Both the position numbers and the translations under genes were made by a program. The notes under the pieces were generated by a model. It saw only the letters and a list, made by a program, of their open reading frames with translations. It made no database searches and was not told the origin of the DNA. 64,000 bases of DNA from the human T2T-CHM13v2.0 reference genome, Homo sapiens: assembly GCF_009914755.1 (NCBI RefSeq), contig NC_060933.1; one strand, written 5' to 3'. The first letter of the stretch is position 1; every line of letters begins with the position of its first letter. Below are positions 1 to 27,268 of the stretch, one piece after another.

Positions 1-804
1 CCTGTTGCAGGGGTGAGGGGAGGGGGGCGACGACACCACCCTGTCCCCAGCTCCACTCCCTCAGGCACCGTCTCCTCCTCACAGCCCCCACTGGTCTCCT
101 TACTGCGGTGCCCAAGACTGGGCACCATCCTGGACTGGGGTCTGGTGCTGGGAATCTCACACTGGACCCCCAACCTGGCTCCCATGGGCCTGTCCTGCCC
201 AGCCCCAGGCTGCCCCTCAGCAGCTCTCACCCCCTAGACCCCAGACTCCTGTCTCCCCTTCCCCACTCCTCCCAGGCTGGGCTGGGTCCCGCTGTGCCCA
301 TGTCTGCCCGCATATCTGTAGGACCACTCGCTGCCTCACCCCTGCACCCCCACCTGCCGGCCACAGCCACTCCCAGCCTGCACCTGCCAGGGCTTCACAA
401 ATGACCAAGGGGAAATGAAAACACAACTCTTCTGAGTTCAGCTGTCCAAGGCAGAGGCTGGGCAGTGCCCCCTGCCCACCAGCTCCTGGAGCTGAGCCAG
501 GGGCTCTGGGAGTGGGGGAAGGAGTCAAAGACCCCCGAGCAGAGGAGAGACTGGAGAGGGACTGGTTGGGGTGAATCGGCCTCCAGCGTCTTCCAGCAAA
601 GCGTCTCCTCCCACCCACGCTGGCCTGCGACCATTCCCCAGACACCTGGCGCCACCCACCGGGCCAAGTGGAGGCTGCGTGTGGGAGGGCTGTAGCCCTC
701 AATGCCCTGGGGTGCTCAGATGAGGAGGGGGCTGAGAAGGGGAGGGGCCCTAGATGGGGAGGAACAGAGAAGCCCTGTTAGACGCATGCCTTGAAGAAAC
801 TTGG

Positions 805-1635
805 TTTACACACACACACATGCTTCCATGTGCGTGCACACACTGGCAGACACACGTACATACACACGCACACATGCTCACACAGATGCCCATGCTTGCA
901 CACACCCATCCACGCTCACTAATACACATGCACGCATGCTCACAAACTGATGCCCGCATGCTCACACACAAGCACACGTGCTCACACACACATACGCATG
1001 CATGCTCACACACATATACACGTACATGCATGCTCACACGTGCACACATACACATGCACCCATACTCACACACATACATACATGCCTGCACACACACACG
1101 CATGCTCACACAGACTACCGCATGCTCGCACACGCACACATGCACACATGCTCACATACATACACGCATGCATGCTCACACATATACACACGCATGCATG
1201 CTCACACACATGCTCGCACACATACATACACACATGCTTACACACACGCACGCATGCTCACAGACTCCTGCATGCTCACACACGTGCTAACACACGCACG
1301 TGCTCACACATACACATGCACAAATGATCACACACACACCTGCATGCATGATCACACATGCACACATATGCACCCATGCTTGCACACATGCTGACACACA
1401 TACGCACGCAGGCATGGTCACACGCATACACATGCACACATGCTCTCTCACACACACACATACATGCACACACATACATGCTCACACACACGCACACATA
1501 CACACACGCCCATGCTCGCACACACACACGCATGCTCACACACGCACACACGCACCCATGCTCACACACACACCACACACGCATGCTCCCACACATACAC
1601 ACATACATGCTCTCACACACTCTATCACACATACG
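805..1635. repeat. Degenerate (CA)n/(CACATG)n low-complexity tract
   Basis: About 830 bp of alternating purine-pyrimidine units such as cacacatgctcacac. Confidence 0.9.
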
Positions 1636-2140
1636 ACTGTTCCTGGGGCTGTGCTGCCCCCCTGTGGCTGCTGACAACTCCATGTCCAGCCCACTCAGCT
1701 GCTGGATCCCCAGGAGGGCCACCATGGATGTCTGGGGCCGAGGAGGCACACAGCCACCCGGGGCCAGGGAGCACCAAGGCCTGGGTAAGGGCAGAAGCCG
1801 CCAAGCCCCCGGTTTGCTCCACCCCTCAGTCCCCATCACAGTCTGGGCCAGGACTCAGAGCCCTGGGTTCCCCAACGAACCTGCCCCTCCAGGGAACCCA
1901 GGACCCCTTAGGACAGAGCTCCAGACCCCATCAAGGACTAAAGGAAGAAAATTAAGCACAAACAAGGTAGAAGAAATAATGAAAACACGAGTGGACAGAA
2001 ATGAAGTAAAAAGTGGACAAACAACAGAGAAAATCAAGGAAAGCAAGAGTGAGTGATTCGGAAAGATCCACAGAACCCACAGATTTCCAGCTGGACGAAT
2101 CAAAGGAAACAAAAAGAAGAAACCACAAATCAGCACTGTC

Positions 2141-4295
2141 AGAAAGGAGAGGAGGCGCCATCTCACCTCCCACAGACACCGACAGAGTGAGTGTCAGGAA
2201 GGAGAGGAGGTGTTGTCTCACCTCCCACAGACACCGACAGAGTGAACGTGTCAGGAAGGAGAGGAGGCGCCATCTCACCTCCCACAGACAGCAAGAGAGT
2301 GAACGTGTCAGGAAGGAGAGGAGGCGCCATCTCACCTCCCACAGACAGCGAGAGAGTGAACGTGTCAGGAAGGAGAGGAGGCACCATCTCACCTCCCACA
2401 GACACCGACAGAGTGAACGTGTCAGGAAGGAGAGGAGGCGCCGTCTCACCTCCCACAGACACCGAGAGAGTGAACGTTTAGGAACGAGAGAAGGCGCCAT
2501 CTCACCTCCCACAGACAGCGAGAAAGTGAACGTGTCAGGAAGGAGAGGAGGCGTCGTCTCACCTCCCACAGACACCAAGAGAGTGAACGTGTCAGGAAGG
2601 ACAGGAGGCGCCATCTCACCTCCCACAGACAGCGAGAGAGTGAACGTGTCAGGAAGGAGAGGAGGCACCATCTCACCTCCCACAGACACCGACAGAGTGA
2701 ACGTGTCAGGAAGGAGAGGAGGCACCGTCTCACCTCCCACAGACACCGAGAGAGTGAACGTTTAGGAACGAGAGAAGGCGCCATCTCACCTCCCACAGAC
2801 AGCGAGAGAGTGAACGTGTCAGGAAGGAGAGGAGGTGTCGTCTCACCTCCCACAGACGCCGACAGAGTGAAAGTGTCAGGAAGGAGAGGAGGCGCCGTCT
2901 CACCTCCCACAGACGCCGACAGAGTGAAAGTGTCAGGAAGGAGAGGAGGCGCCGTCTCACCTCCCACAGACACCGAGAGAGTGAACGTGTCAGGAAGGAG
3001 AGGAGGCGCCATCTCACCTCCCACAGACACCGAGAGAGTGAACGTGTCAGGAAGGAGAGGAGGTGTCGTCTCACCTCCCACAGACACCGAGAGAGTGAAC
3101 GTTTAGGAACGAGAGAAGGCGCCATCTCACCTCCCACAGACAGCGAGAAAGTGAACGTGTCAGGAAGGAGAGGAGGCGTCGTCTCACCTCCCACAGACAC
3201 CGAGAGAGTGAACGTGTCAGGAAGGACAGGAGGCGCCATCTCACCTCCCACAGACAGCGAGAGAGTGAACGTGTCAGGAAGGAGAGGAGGCACCATCTCA
3301 CCTCCCGCAGACACCGACAGAGTGAACATGTCAGGAAGGAGAGGAGGCGCCGTCTCACCTCCCACAGACACCGAGAGAGTGAACGTTTAGGAACGAGAGA
3401 AGGCGCCATCTCACCTCCCACAGACAGCGAGAGAGTGAACGTGTCAGGAAGGAGAGGAGGTGTCGTCTCACCTCCCACAGACGCCGACAGAGTGAAAGTG
3501 TCAGGAAGGAGAGGAGGCGCCGTCTCACCTCCCACAGACGCCGACAGAGTGAAAGTGTCAGGAAGGAGAGGAGGCGCCGTCTCACCTCCCACAGACACCG
3601 AGAGAGTGAACGTGTCAGGAAGGAGAGGAGGCGCCATCTCACCTCCCACAGACACCGAGAGAGTGAACGTGTCAGGAAGGAGAGGAGGTGTCGTCTCAAC
3701 TCCCACAGACACCGAGAGAGTGAACGTTTAGGAACGAGAGAAGGCGCCATCTCACCTCCCACAGACAGCGAGAAAGTGAACGTGTCAGGAAGGAGAGGAG
3801 GCGTCGTCTCACCTCCCACAGACACCGAGAGAGTGAACGTGTCAGGAAGGACAGGAGGCGCCATCTCACCTCCCACAGACAGCGAGAGAGTGAACGTGTC
3901 AGGAAGGAGAGGAGGCACCATCTCACCTCCCACAGACACCGACAGAGTGAACGTGTCAGGAAGGAGAGGAGGCGCCGTCTCACCTCCCACAGACACCGAG
4001 AGAGTGAACGTTTAGGAACGAGAGAAGGTGCCATCTCACCTCCCACAGACAGCGAGAGAGTGAACGTGTCAGGAAGGAGAGGAGGCGTCGTCTCACCTCC
4101 CACAGACGCCGACAGAGTGAAAGTGTCAGGAAGGAGAGGAGGCGCCATCTCACCTCCCACAGACAGCGAGAGAGTGAACGTGTCAGGAAGGAGAGGAGGC
4201 ATCGTCTCACCTCCCACAGACACCGACAGAGTGAAAGTGTCAGGAAGGAGAGGAGGCGCCATCTCACCTCCCACAGACAGCGAGACAGTGAACGT
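2141..4295. repeat. 57-bp minisatellite, about 38 units, with a 625-bp higher-order period
   Basis: Unit GAGTGAACGTGTCAGGAAGGAGAGGAGGCGCCATCTCACCTCCCACAGACAGCGAGA; a 56-bp variant recurs at spacings 284/341/284/341/284. Confidence 0.95.
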
Positions 4296-4690
4296 CTCAA
4301 GTTTATTAACAGCTTTATGACCACAAATTTCCCAACTTAGATGACATAGAAAAATTCCTTGAAAGACACCAATTGTTGGATCTGGCAGAAGAAGTTTCAT
4401 CACCAAAATGGCCCTAGATCTAGTAAAGAAATTCCATATACAACTAAAACCTTCCCACAAAGACAATTCCTGGCCCAGATGTCTTCCCTGGTGAATGCAA
4501 CCAAACATTTAGGGAACAAATAATATCCATTCTACACAGACTCTTCCCAGAAATACAAGTTTCGAGGCCACCATTACCACAAGCTCAAAACCAGAAGAGA
4601 TATCATGGGAAAAGGAAATTACAGGCCAACTTTCCTCATAGACATGGACACAAAATAGTTTCTAGAACACTTGCCTGAAAAGCAAATAGA

Positions 4691-4997
<307 letters not shown>

Positions 4998-5149
4998 GCA
5001 AATAGAATAATTTTTTTTAAACACATAGACACAAAAGTTGTAATGAAATAAATGCAAAGTAAATCGAATTGTGCAATATATAAAGAGGATAATACATCAA
5101 CACCAAGGGGAGTTTATCCCAGGAAGGCAAGGGATCCAGCTTTCTTTTT

Positions 5150-5760
<611 letters not shown>

Positions 5761-5809
5761 GGATTCAGCTTTCTAAAGTCAATCAGCATAATTTACCATG
5801 TCCAGCTAA

Positions 5810-6554
<745 letters not shown>

Positions 6555-6858
6555 TAAGAAAAAAATCCATGTAATCCCCTCAGGCAAAATCATGACAAAA
6601 TGCGTCATCGTTCGTGGTGCAAACTCTCAGCAAACCAGCAATGGAAGGGAGCCAACTACACCGACAAGACCATCTATCCAAACCCATCGCTGAAGCCATG
6701 GCTGATGGTGAAACACAGAAGGCCCCGGCCGAGGTGGGGAGCAGGGCCGGGGGCTTCTCTCGCCACCTCCCTCTGCGCCGTGCAGGAAGTCCCGGGGCAA
6801 TAGGGCAGGAAAAGGAAAGGAAGACATACATGATCCGACATGTAGAAAATCCTTTTAA

Positions 6859-9337
<2,479 letters not shown>

Positions 9338-9584
9338 TTATGTAAGTCTAAATCTATTCTGAAATTAAAAGTTGATGTAAAAATCTTTAAAACGTAGGCT
9401 GCAGTCACATGGGGGGAAGCCAGAGGAGGGGGAAGATGAGTGAAGCCCAGCTCTGCTCCTGGGAGCTGAAAGCACAGGTGTCAAAACACCAGCCGGGAGT
9501 GCGGCAGTGCAAGGCCTGGCCCTGCCTTCCCCAAGTGCTCAGGACAGAATTTTCCATCTGTTTTATTTTTTAAATTTTTATTGA

Positions 9585-13347
<3,763 letters not shown>

Positions 13348-13904
13348 CACTTAAAATTCTTTTAGCCAACTTAGCTCTTCTAGCCGGCATTACTCCCTAT
13401 TTTGAAATAATATGCTCATCATGCAGGTCCTTGAAGCTTCCTGTTGACTTCCTACCAGAAGATGAGGATCTCACTTTCCCGTCTCTCCTGGCCAGTGCAT
13501 GCCCTTCTCCCCTCCCACCTTCAAACAGACGACGGATCCTGAATTCTTCACACGGATAGTCAGCACTTGCATTAATATAACTCTGTAATTGTTCACTCTT
13601 GAGCCAAGTACTATATGATAAATGCATTTCCTTTTTATAACTTTTTGTTTTTCCTGGAATTCAAAGTTGCTTCCTTTTTCACTTGCTTAGTTAGAATATT
13701 GGTTAAGTTACTGAGGCAAAGAACCAAAACAACAGGAATCTAAACATGATAGAGTTGGTTTCTCCCTCACATGAAAGTCCCGAGGCTGATGGGCTTCCCT
13801 GCCGCTCTCAACACGTGGCTGGCTCAGGACCAAAGGGGCTGCTCCACCTCTCACCATCTCCCTGCCTGCAGGAGGGAGGGAAGGGTCAACAAGAGAGTGA
13901 CCCT

Positions 13905-14200
<296 letters not shown>

Positions 14201-17200
14201 AATAAAAGAAAAAATAAATAAAAACCAACCACCTTCAATCTGATAATTCTGGGCAGAAAACTGAATATAGTTTGGACCAGATCTTCGAGAAAAATTCATA
14301 TACACCAAATTAACTAGTTCTGTTAAAAGGCTGCTATAAAAATACACATCATCATGAGATATACAGAACTTTAGAATCCAGCTAAGAGTGGAGAAATACT
14401 GAATTTCTTAATTTATCTGGAGGGGGCTGTAAATCCAAAGGTAGAAGGGCATTTCAGCGTTCTGGCGTGTTCTGAGATTCTAGGGTATAGTATCTCCCAT
14501 ACACACAGAGGGCATTTTGAAGGTGGCTACGGCCAGGACACCTCGGGTGGGTTCTCCTGGAGAATGACCCTTTCTTTTAATGGGAAGATCCGGAAGTGAC
14601 ACCTCCCACTCCTGCTCTGGTCCCATTGACCAGAACTTGGTCACAGGCTAAGTTAGAGTCTGCAAGGAGGCTGGGAGACGTGGTCTTTAGCTGGACAGCC
14701 TTGAGCCCGGTGAAACCCCTTTTACCGTGAAATGGGAGGGCACAGCTTGGGTGACGATCAGAGGTCGCCGCGGCACGGGTGGTCCTCACCCAAGCTCTCC
14801 CACGGAGCCGCAAGGCTCGTCCCCGTGTTCTCACACGCATCAGGTCATCACTCCTTTCCATTTCTTTTCTTGAAGGCATCTCCTGGCCTCCTGGAGACTT
14901 TGCCCCACCCGTCTCCTCTGGACTGGCCACTCTGGTCACTCTGACAGCCTCCCTTCAGCTGTGACGCTGCCACTTCTTCTTTCAGTCATCACGGGAATGC
15001 CCCCTGTGGGTTTTCCACATTTGAATCCCAGAGATTCGGCAGCCGGCCCCTCCCCAGAAGATCGCGGGGACCTACTGCCCCTGCAGAATCCCTTGGCCTG
15101 CCCCAAAGCCGGCAAGCAAACCCTCACCCCAAAGCGTCTGGCATTCCCTGGTCACCTCAGGACAGCCCAGCCTGCCATCCTCCCCGATATGCAGGCCGTG
15201 CCGCCGTGTGACTCGCAGGATTCAGGAGTCAGGGGGCCAGAGTCGGCAGCCAGGCTTTCCCTGGAGGCTGTGCCCAGAGCTCCCCAGAGTGTGAAATGTG
15301 GTGACAGCGGTGCCCGCTGGCTGCTTGCAGGATCCTGGCAGTGACCCGCGGGCAGGGCCCCCCCGGACGGCCCCCTGCGGAGGGCGCAGCCTTGCAGGTG
15401 GGGTCGGAGCACAGGGTCCCAGGGTCCCAGGCCCCACTTCCCAACCAAGCCAGGTCCTCTCTCCGCCCCTCTCCTCGAATCTTAAGAGCCTTTGGAGAGA
15501 AGCCACGCAGGGCGGGACGCACAGGCTGTCAGGGTGGGAGGGGTGCGTGTCCCACGTGCAGGGAGCCCCGCCCAAGGCTGGCAGCAGCAGGGTAGAGGCC
15601 ACTGGTCCGGGGCAGCTTCCGCGGGGAAACACCGCCGCGCTGTGAGCATTGGGGGAACTGCAGCCGCCGCCCCATCTGCCGGCTGCGGGTCGTTGGGGGG
15701 GCCCCATGCCAACGGCCACGGAGGCCAAGGACCCCCGGAACCCCTCGGCCTTTGTCCCAGGAGAGGCTCCTCACACCCTCGGTGCCAGGGCCCTGGGAGC
15801 CCGTGAGACCAGGGTTCTCCCTGCTCAGACTCTTCCTGTGGCCTGGAGGGGACAGTGGGGGTGACAGGCACTGACCACCAGGCAGGCAGCAGCCAGGCAG
15901 AGCCTGGGGTGTGAGGACACAGAGGTGACCAGGTGCTGAGCCCCTCCCTGATGAGCTCAGCACGGAGGTGGGAGCCCCTGACCCTTTCCCAGGGCTCTGA
16001 GTCAGCCTTGGAGAGTGTGGCGTTGAGCCTGGCCAGAGGTCAGCAGATGGCGGGCGGCTGGCGCTGGGGCCCCGGCTCTGCAGAAGGGTCAGGCCCCAGC
16101 ACACCCGGGCATTTCCTGTGCAGCCCCAGATGGGTGAGGTCAGCTGAGAAGGGGAGAGGCCACAGGGGACTTCCTCTATCCTCTCAAATTAGCGGAGGCA
16201 GGGCCCCGGGCCGGGCCAGGGCCTAGGGCGGACGTGCTCTGGATATGGCAGCCTCTCCTCTCCCACCCCCCAAGGAAGCGCCACTCAGCTACAGCCCCAG
16301 CCCCAGTTGATGGGTGGGAAACTGAGGCACAGCCAGATCCACAGATGACAATGGGCCCGGTCGGCGACTGCAGGTGGCCCTGCGCTCTCTGGCCTGCAGG
16401 TCACAGGCTCCAGCCACGGCCAACAGAAAAAGACTCTCACGGCCTGGCTCACCCACTGTCAGTCAGGGACGCAAAGGTCCCTCTCACAGCAGGGCCACGA
16501 CCTGAATCTAGCCACTGGGCTCAGGATGCCTCCCCGGGAGGCAAGCGAGAGCCCTGTCACCACGGAACAGGTTAGAGGGGCACAAGCCTCTGTGGGCCTC
16601 TCCCACGCCCCCCACCCCCCACCCCCCGTGCTTCTGCAGAAGTGGGGGCCTGCAGGGGCTCTGGTGCCTTCCCACAGCAGGTGTCATCAGGGCAGGAACA
16701 CAGTCCCCACCGCCTACCCATGGGTTTCACGTGCTGGGGGCAGTCATCACCCCAACCTCAAGAAGCCAAGAGGACTGGATGTGGCCCCAGCACCCCACCA
16801 GCAGCCATGTCCTCCCAGGGAGGGAGCATGACTTACGCCTGGGGCAGAATAGGCTGCAGGGCCTGCTGGGAAGCCGTTCCCGGACCCCAGCTCAGTCCTC
16901 CGGCAGATTCACTCAGAGGAAGGTAGCACTGGTGACCTGGCCGGTGCTAGGCCCCCAAGCCCGCCCGCCAGCGTTCTTCAAGTCTGCACGTCCGAGGGCG
17001 GGAGGGAGCATGGACCCTGTCAGCCCCACCCTGACTGGGGTGGCCCCATATCCACCAGAGGGCAGCTGGGCCCAGTCCGGGCCATCCCCTTCGGGAGCCA
17101 GCACAGCAGGAGGGCCCCTTGTCAGCCAGAGCCTGGGTGGACGGCAGAGCCCCCGGGGCCGCCTCTGGACTGAGTTTGTGCCTCACCTAGCTGGGGCCTG

Positions 17201-18565
17201 ACCTCGAGAGGTCACTGTTGCCCTGGGCCTCAGTTTCCCCATCCAACAGGTGGGGAGAGCGTTAGCACCCACATCACGGCGGCCCCACAGATCAGTGCAG
17301 CGTGAAGTACTCAGCTAACCCTCCAGACCCCGGAGGCTGGGCCTCCCACCCCGCTGCCCCTGACCCATCCTGCACATCTGCCCCCACCTGGCTCCGCTCG
17401 CTCCCCTTGCTCCCCTCAGCCTCCCGTCCCGCTGGGTGGGGGCCTCCAGCGCCTCCGCCTCCGCCTCCGGGCTTCCAGGCAGGAAGGCGGCGGAGAGGAG
17501 CGTTTCCGCGCAGGCTGCTGTGCTGGGAGTGCAGCCTGTGATAAGGACACACATGGCCGGCTGCACGTCCGCCTTTTGTCCCTGGCTCCCGCCAGCCCTT
17601 CCTGCTCCGGCCTGCAGGGTGGGGACTATGGGCCCGGCTGCAGCCCTCCCCCGACCCCCACCTCCACTCTGCCCCTGGCTCCACAGCCCCTGGGGTCCTG
17701 GCTGCCCTGGGGGAGTTTGAGGCCCCCAGTAGCAGCTACGGCTGGGGCCCCGGACAAACTGGGGGTGTAGGAGCTCTAGGAAATCAACCCCAGGGAGGCT
17801 GCTACGGCTAAACAGAAGCATCAGCCCCAACCCAGCAGGGCCAGATGTTCTGCTCTCCCTCCCCCAGTTTCGGCTGCCGGGAGGGTCCCCACCGAGAGTC
17901 CCCCCCGACTCCTGCACAGGCCTAGCCACAGGCTCCCTCCCGGGCTGGACCGACCACTCTCCTGCTTGAGGTCCCAGAGAGGCGCTGGCCTGGCCCGGCC
18001 CATGTGCCCCACAAACACCCCTGGCTGCTCCTCCGGCATCTGTCTTAAAGTGCCAGCCCAGCGTGAGCCCCGCATCAGCTACCGAGAGGTATCCATCCTT
18101 ACCCCCGACTGCCCATGGTGCCTACGCGGCAACCTCACAACCGGTCTGCTGAGCTGGGTGGAGGAGAGGTTCCACCCACCCCAGAAGGAATCCACTCCCA
18201 TCCCCTAAACTCCAGGAGCTGCCCTTGGCTGAGGAAGGACTGCAGAGGGCATGGGGCAGGCTGAGCCCAGGGTGGCAGGGGCTGCATGGTGCCCGGGATG
18301 CCTGGCAGGAGAGAGACCCGCAGCCCAGAAGGCTTCCTCTCCAGGACTGGGGGCCCCTCAGTGCTCACACTTCCCACTAACTGCCAGCATCCCCTACAAC
18401 ATGGCCCACGTCTCAAGGGATTGGAAGGAGCCCCCGCAGAGGCCATCGGCACGGACTAGAATGCAACCCAGTGGGGCATCCACCGATGTGGTCAAACGCT
18501 CAGCCAAGATGGTGGGAAGCGTTCAGGTCTGAGGCATTTCTTCTTTTTCTTGAATAACACCTTTA

Positions 18566-19580
<1,015 letters not shown>

Positions 19581-20184
19581 GTACAATTCAGTGGGTTTGA
19601 GTAATAATTACATCATTAATTCTTTAAAATTATCAAATTATACATAACATAATTTGCCATTTTTTCCATTTTTTTCCAGACAGAAGTAACTTCTAAAACA
19701 TTGCTAGGGAAACGCTCTGACATCTTCCGTAGAGGTGAAAAAGCACAGGTCTGACTCAGGTAGCTGCGAGTTCAAGTTCAGCCGCAGGCTCTTCCCCAAG
19801 GTGCTGGTCTTCGCAGGAACCCCTTGCAGGCAGCTGCAAAGAGCAGCACGGCGCGCACACACAGGGTCCGGCTGGCGTCTGGCCAGAGCAAGGGAACAGT
19901 AAGTGTGTCCTGGAGGCGCTCGCCATGCACTCACACGCCATCTGTGGATTCGGAAGTGACCTCCCCCTCGGTTGATGAGGGTTCTCTGCGTCTGGAGAAC
20001 ACAGGACGTCCACAGGAAAGTTCTCCCTCCTGCACTCCCGGCTGGCTCTGAAAATTATGAAGTAAGTTGAATGCTCTGAGGGCTTAATTCCATCTGCCCA
20101 ACTTTTACATAAAACAAGGAAGTTGAGCCCAGTTTAGGGGAAGAATGTACAGAGCACCAGGAGGCAGGGTCTCCTCTGAAGTCT

Positions 20185-24150
<3,966 letters not shown>

Positions 24151-25426
24151 GCCATCGTGCTGGGCACAGGGCACTGGCCACTTGGCTCCCACAACACAAA
24201 TCTCCCAGGAGCAGCAGAGAGCACGTAGGGGCTGCCAAGGGCCAGGCAGAGTGTGAGGGGCTTCGGAGGGGTGGGAAACATCCTATCCATCCTTGGCGGT
24301 GACGATTACACGGGGGTGCTCATTTGCCCAAATGCATTAAACTGTCCACGTAAAGAGGGTGCCTCTCGGACGATTTTAGGGCAGAGACGTCCGTGCCTGA
24401 TACTGTCCTGGCAGCCACGTGCCCTCATACACTTGCCCAGACCCTGAATGTGCTACACGGAGTGACCCCAATTACACCGTGGGCCCCGGGTGACTGCGAC
24501 ATGTGAGTGCAGGTTCACCCACGTCACAGACGAACCGCTCCGGTGCAGGGGGAGCTGCGCACGTGGGGGCGGGGGCTGTGGCGTGGGACCTCTGTACCTT
24601 CTCTCAATTTGGCTGTAAGCCTACAACTGCCCTAAAATAAAGTCTCTTTATTTTTTTTTTTTATTTATTTTTACGCAGCTCTCTTTTCCTTAAAATAAAG
24701 GCTCTAAAATTGTGTGATTCCACCTCCCTGAGGCTAAGCGAAAGAGCCGCGTCTGCCCCTGTCCTTCCCGGGGGCTGGCAGGGAGTGGGTGCCCGGCGGT
24801 GACTCAGCCCTGCAGCCTCCCAGCCCTTCCCCGTATGCAGGCAGGTGATGCGGACACCTCCGACCCTCGTGGGGTTTGTGGAGAGCGTTGATCAGCGCTG
24901 CCGTCAGAACAGGACCTGTGCGAGGCCTCGCAGATGCCGGGAGCCGGGCGGTGCTCTCGGTGCTTCTCATCAAATCCACTGGCTCTTCGAGAGGAAGCAC
25001 ATGTCACAGCCCAGCTCAAACAAGAAGCAAGAAAATCACTCTTCATTTTGGAATTGTAAAATAAAGTAGAAATTATCCTCAGGCTAGAGTGACCTTCCCG
25101 TCCTGCCCCAGCCACCCCCCACCTCCCAGCACCTGCCGGTAACAGCCCTGCACACAGCCCCGAGACCCTCCGCCAAACCCAGCCCACCACCCCCGGGAGG
25201 GCTGTGGAAGAGGCTAGAGAGCGCATCCCCTCTGGCTCCTGGGGTGGAGGCCTGCTGTGGGTTGGCTGGAATCAGCCCCCCTCCCCCGTGTCCTGGGCCC
25301 CTGCAGCCCTGCGAGGCGGACACCTAGCCACCCCTCATCCCAGGGAAGCCAGGGCCAGGGAAGGGCCCAGGAGGGGAGGGTTCGCCCTTCCTGCTGGATG
25401 TCGTTCCTTTAAAAATCCCTGCCGCT

Positions 25427-25727
<301 letters not shown>

Positions 25728-27039
25728 TCCCTGCTGCTGGAGTGGTTGGGGGAGCCGGCTGGGGGTGCAGACTGTGGTGCCACTGTGGCCGCCGCCATCA
25801 TTGTCACCATCATCAGCATCACCATCATCAGCTGCCATCCCTGAACCCTCAGGCTTTGCTGGTGGCTGGGAGGGAGGCCGAGGCTGGCATGGCCTGCTGC
25901 CCTGACCTGCTTCCTGAACGCTCCGGCCACCCAGGCCTGCGTGGAGTAGGGTCCACGGGCAGACAGATGGGCAGGCCCCTTAGGCAGAGCAGCCCTCCCC
26001 ATCCCGGCAGTGTGGGGGTCTGCCGGGCAGCCTGAGAGAGGAGTTTCCAGTCATTGCCCAGGCAGGGGTGGCTCAGGAAGCTGCAGTCCCCCCCAAGAGG
26101 CCTGATGGTGCTGGGCGGGTTTGCAGCATCCCGGCTGAGAGTCCAGTTGGTGTCACCTGGGCCAGGATGGTGGCCAGTGGCAGCAGCAAGGATATAGGCA
26201 TGGGGGTGTCCTGCCTGATGCAGAGTCATGGCCAGGGCCTGGGGAGGGACCTGCCCCGTGTCCCCTCCCTGCCTGGGGAAGGGCCCGGACCACCTTCACA
26301 CAGTCACCCTAGGGCACTAGTGGGGAGTGAAGGAGCCGCCCCCCAGAGCAGGACAGGGAGCTGGTGTGGAGACATGCAGGACAGGGCGCTAGGATGCAGG
26401 GGTGCAGGGTGCTGGTGTGGAGAGATGCAGGACAGGGTGCTGGGGTGGAGACTGCAAGGTGCTAAGGTGGGGACGCACACCTGGCAGGGCTGGAGGGAGC
26501 ACGGGCTGGTGGCAGCCTTGCCTCTCAGGCTGCTCCGGGCCAGGGTGACTTGGGAAAGCCAGGCTCGAGAGGTGAGGCGTTGCCTGGGGTCACACGGCTG
26601 GCAGGAATGGCCAGGGCTGGCTGCAGGGGCCCGCACTGCCCTCCCGCCTCCACCAGAACCCGCTATGTTTATTCAGGGACGTGAGGGGGTGCCCAGGTCC
26701 AGCAGGTGTTAAGCCGAGCAAAGCCTGCAGCCCCAACGAGACAGCCACGGGAGCTCGGCACCCTCAGTCCCCCAGACAGGGCTCTTCCCCTCTTTGGGCC
26801 TCAGTTTACCCATAGGTGAAAGGAGGGCACAGTTAGATGGTCCCTAAGGCCCCAGGGACCCAGGCCAGCCTTGCCCTCCCCCCAGCCCCAGCAGTAGGGC
26901 ATCTGAGCCTTTCATCAGGAAAAGGAGACTAAATTTATGCCTCAGGCCCCCTCTGCGCTTGGCGGGGCAGAGGTCAGGCTTCCGGCAGCCCCCACCCCTT
27001 GACGCAGTTCCCCTTCCCCTCTGGGGGGCTCTGGGGGGG

Positions 27040-27190
27040 CTCTATTGTTCTCGAGGGCTGGTTCCCAATCTCCCCGAACACTCACTTCCTGTTTCCTGGC
27101 TGAGAGGAAACAGAGATTCCTGACCAGGCAGATGCCTTTTTTTCCCTTTCTCTCTTTACATTTTTTAAGGGTATTAAATAATAGTGATAA
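27040..27190. promoter_or_regulatory. Candidate endothelial enhancer (SOX, FOX:ETS, tandem ETS, GATA)
   Basis: ATTGTT 27044; CACTTCCTGTTTCCTGG 27083-27099; GAGGAAAC near 27105; TGATAA 27185. Confidence 0.55.
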
Positions 27191-27268
27191 TATGACGGCA
27201 GCCTTGGTGCTGAGGAGTGTGGACTCGGGGACTGGAGGAAGCCCAGGGCCACCTGCATGGGGCTCTGT

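Noticed and set aside
750-2056. His/Thr/Cys-rich ORFs
   Set aside because: Translations of the (CA)n tract in all frames; no splice or coding signature.
2165-2180. CCTCCCACAGACAC as a PRDM9 hotspot motif in the VNTR
   Set aside because: Does not fit CCNCCNTNNCCNC beyond the first half.
1952-4508. Repetitive 80-270 aa ORFs; array superficially CRISPR-like
   Set aside because: Head-to-tail minisatellite with no unique spacers and no cas genes, in a eukaryotic context; the ORFs follow from the 57-nt (3n) unit.
25795-25835. Poly-His-like (CAT/CAC)n stretch
   Set aside because: Short simple repeat in an ORF that begins inside an AluY.
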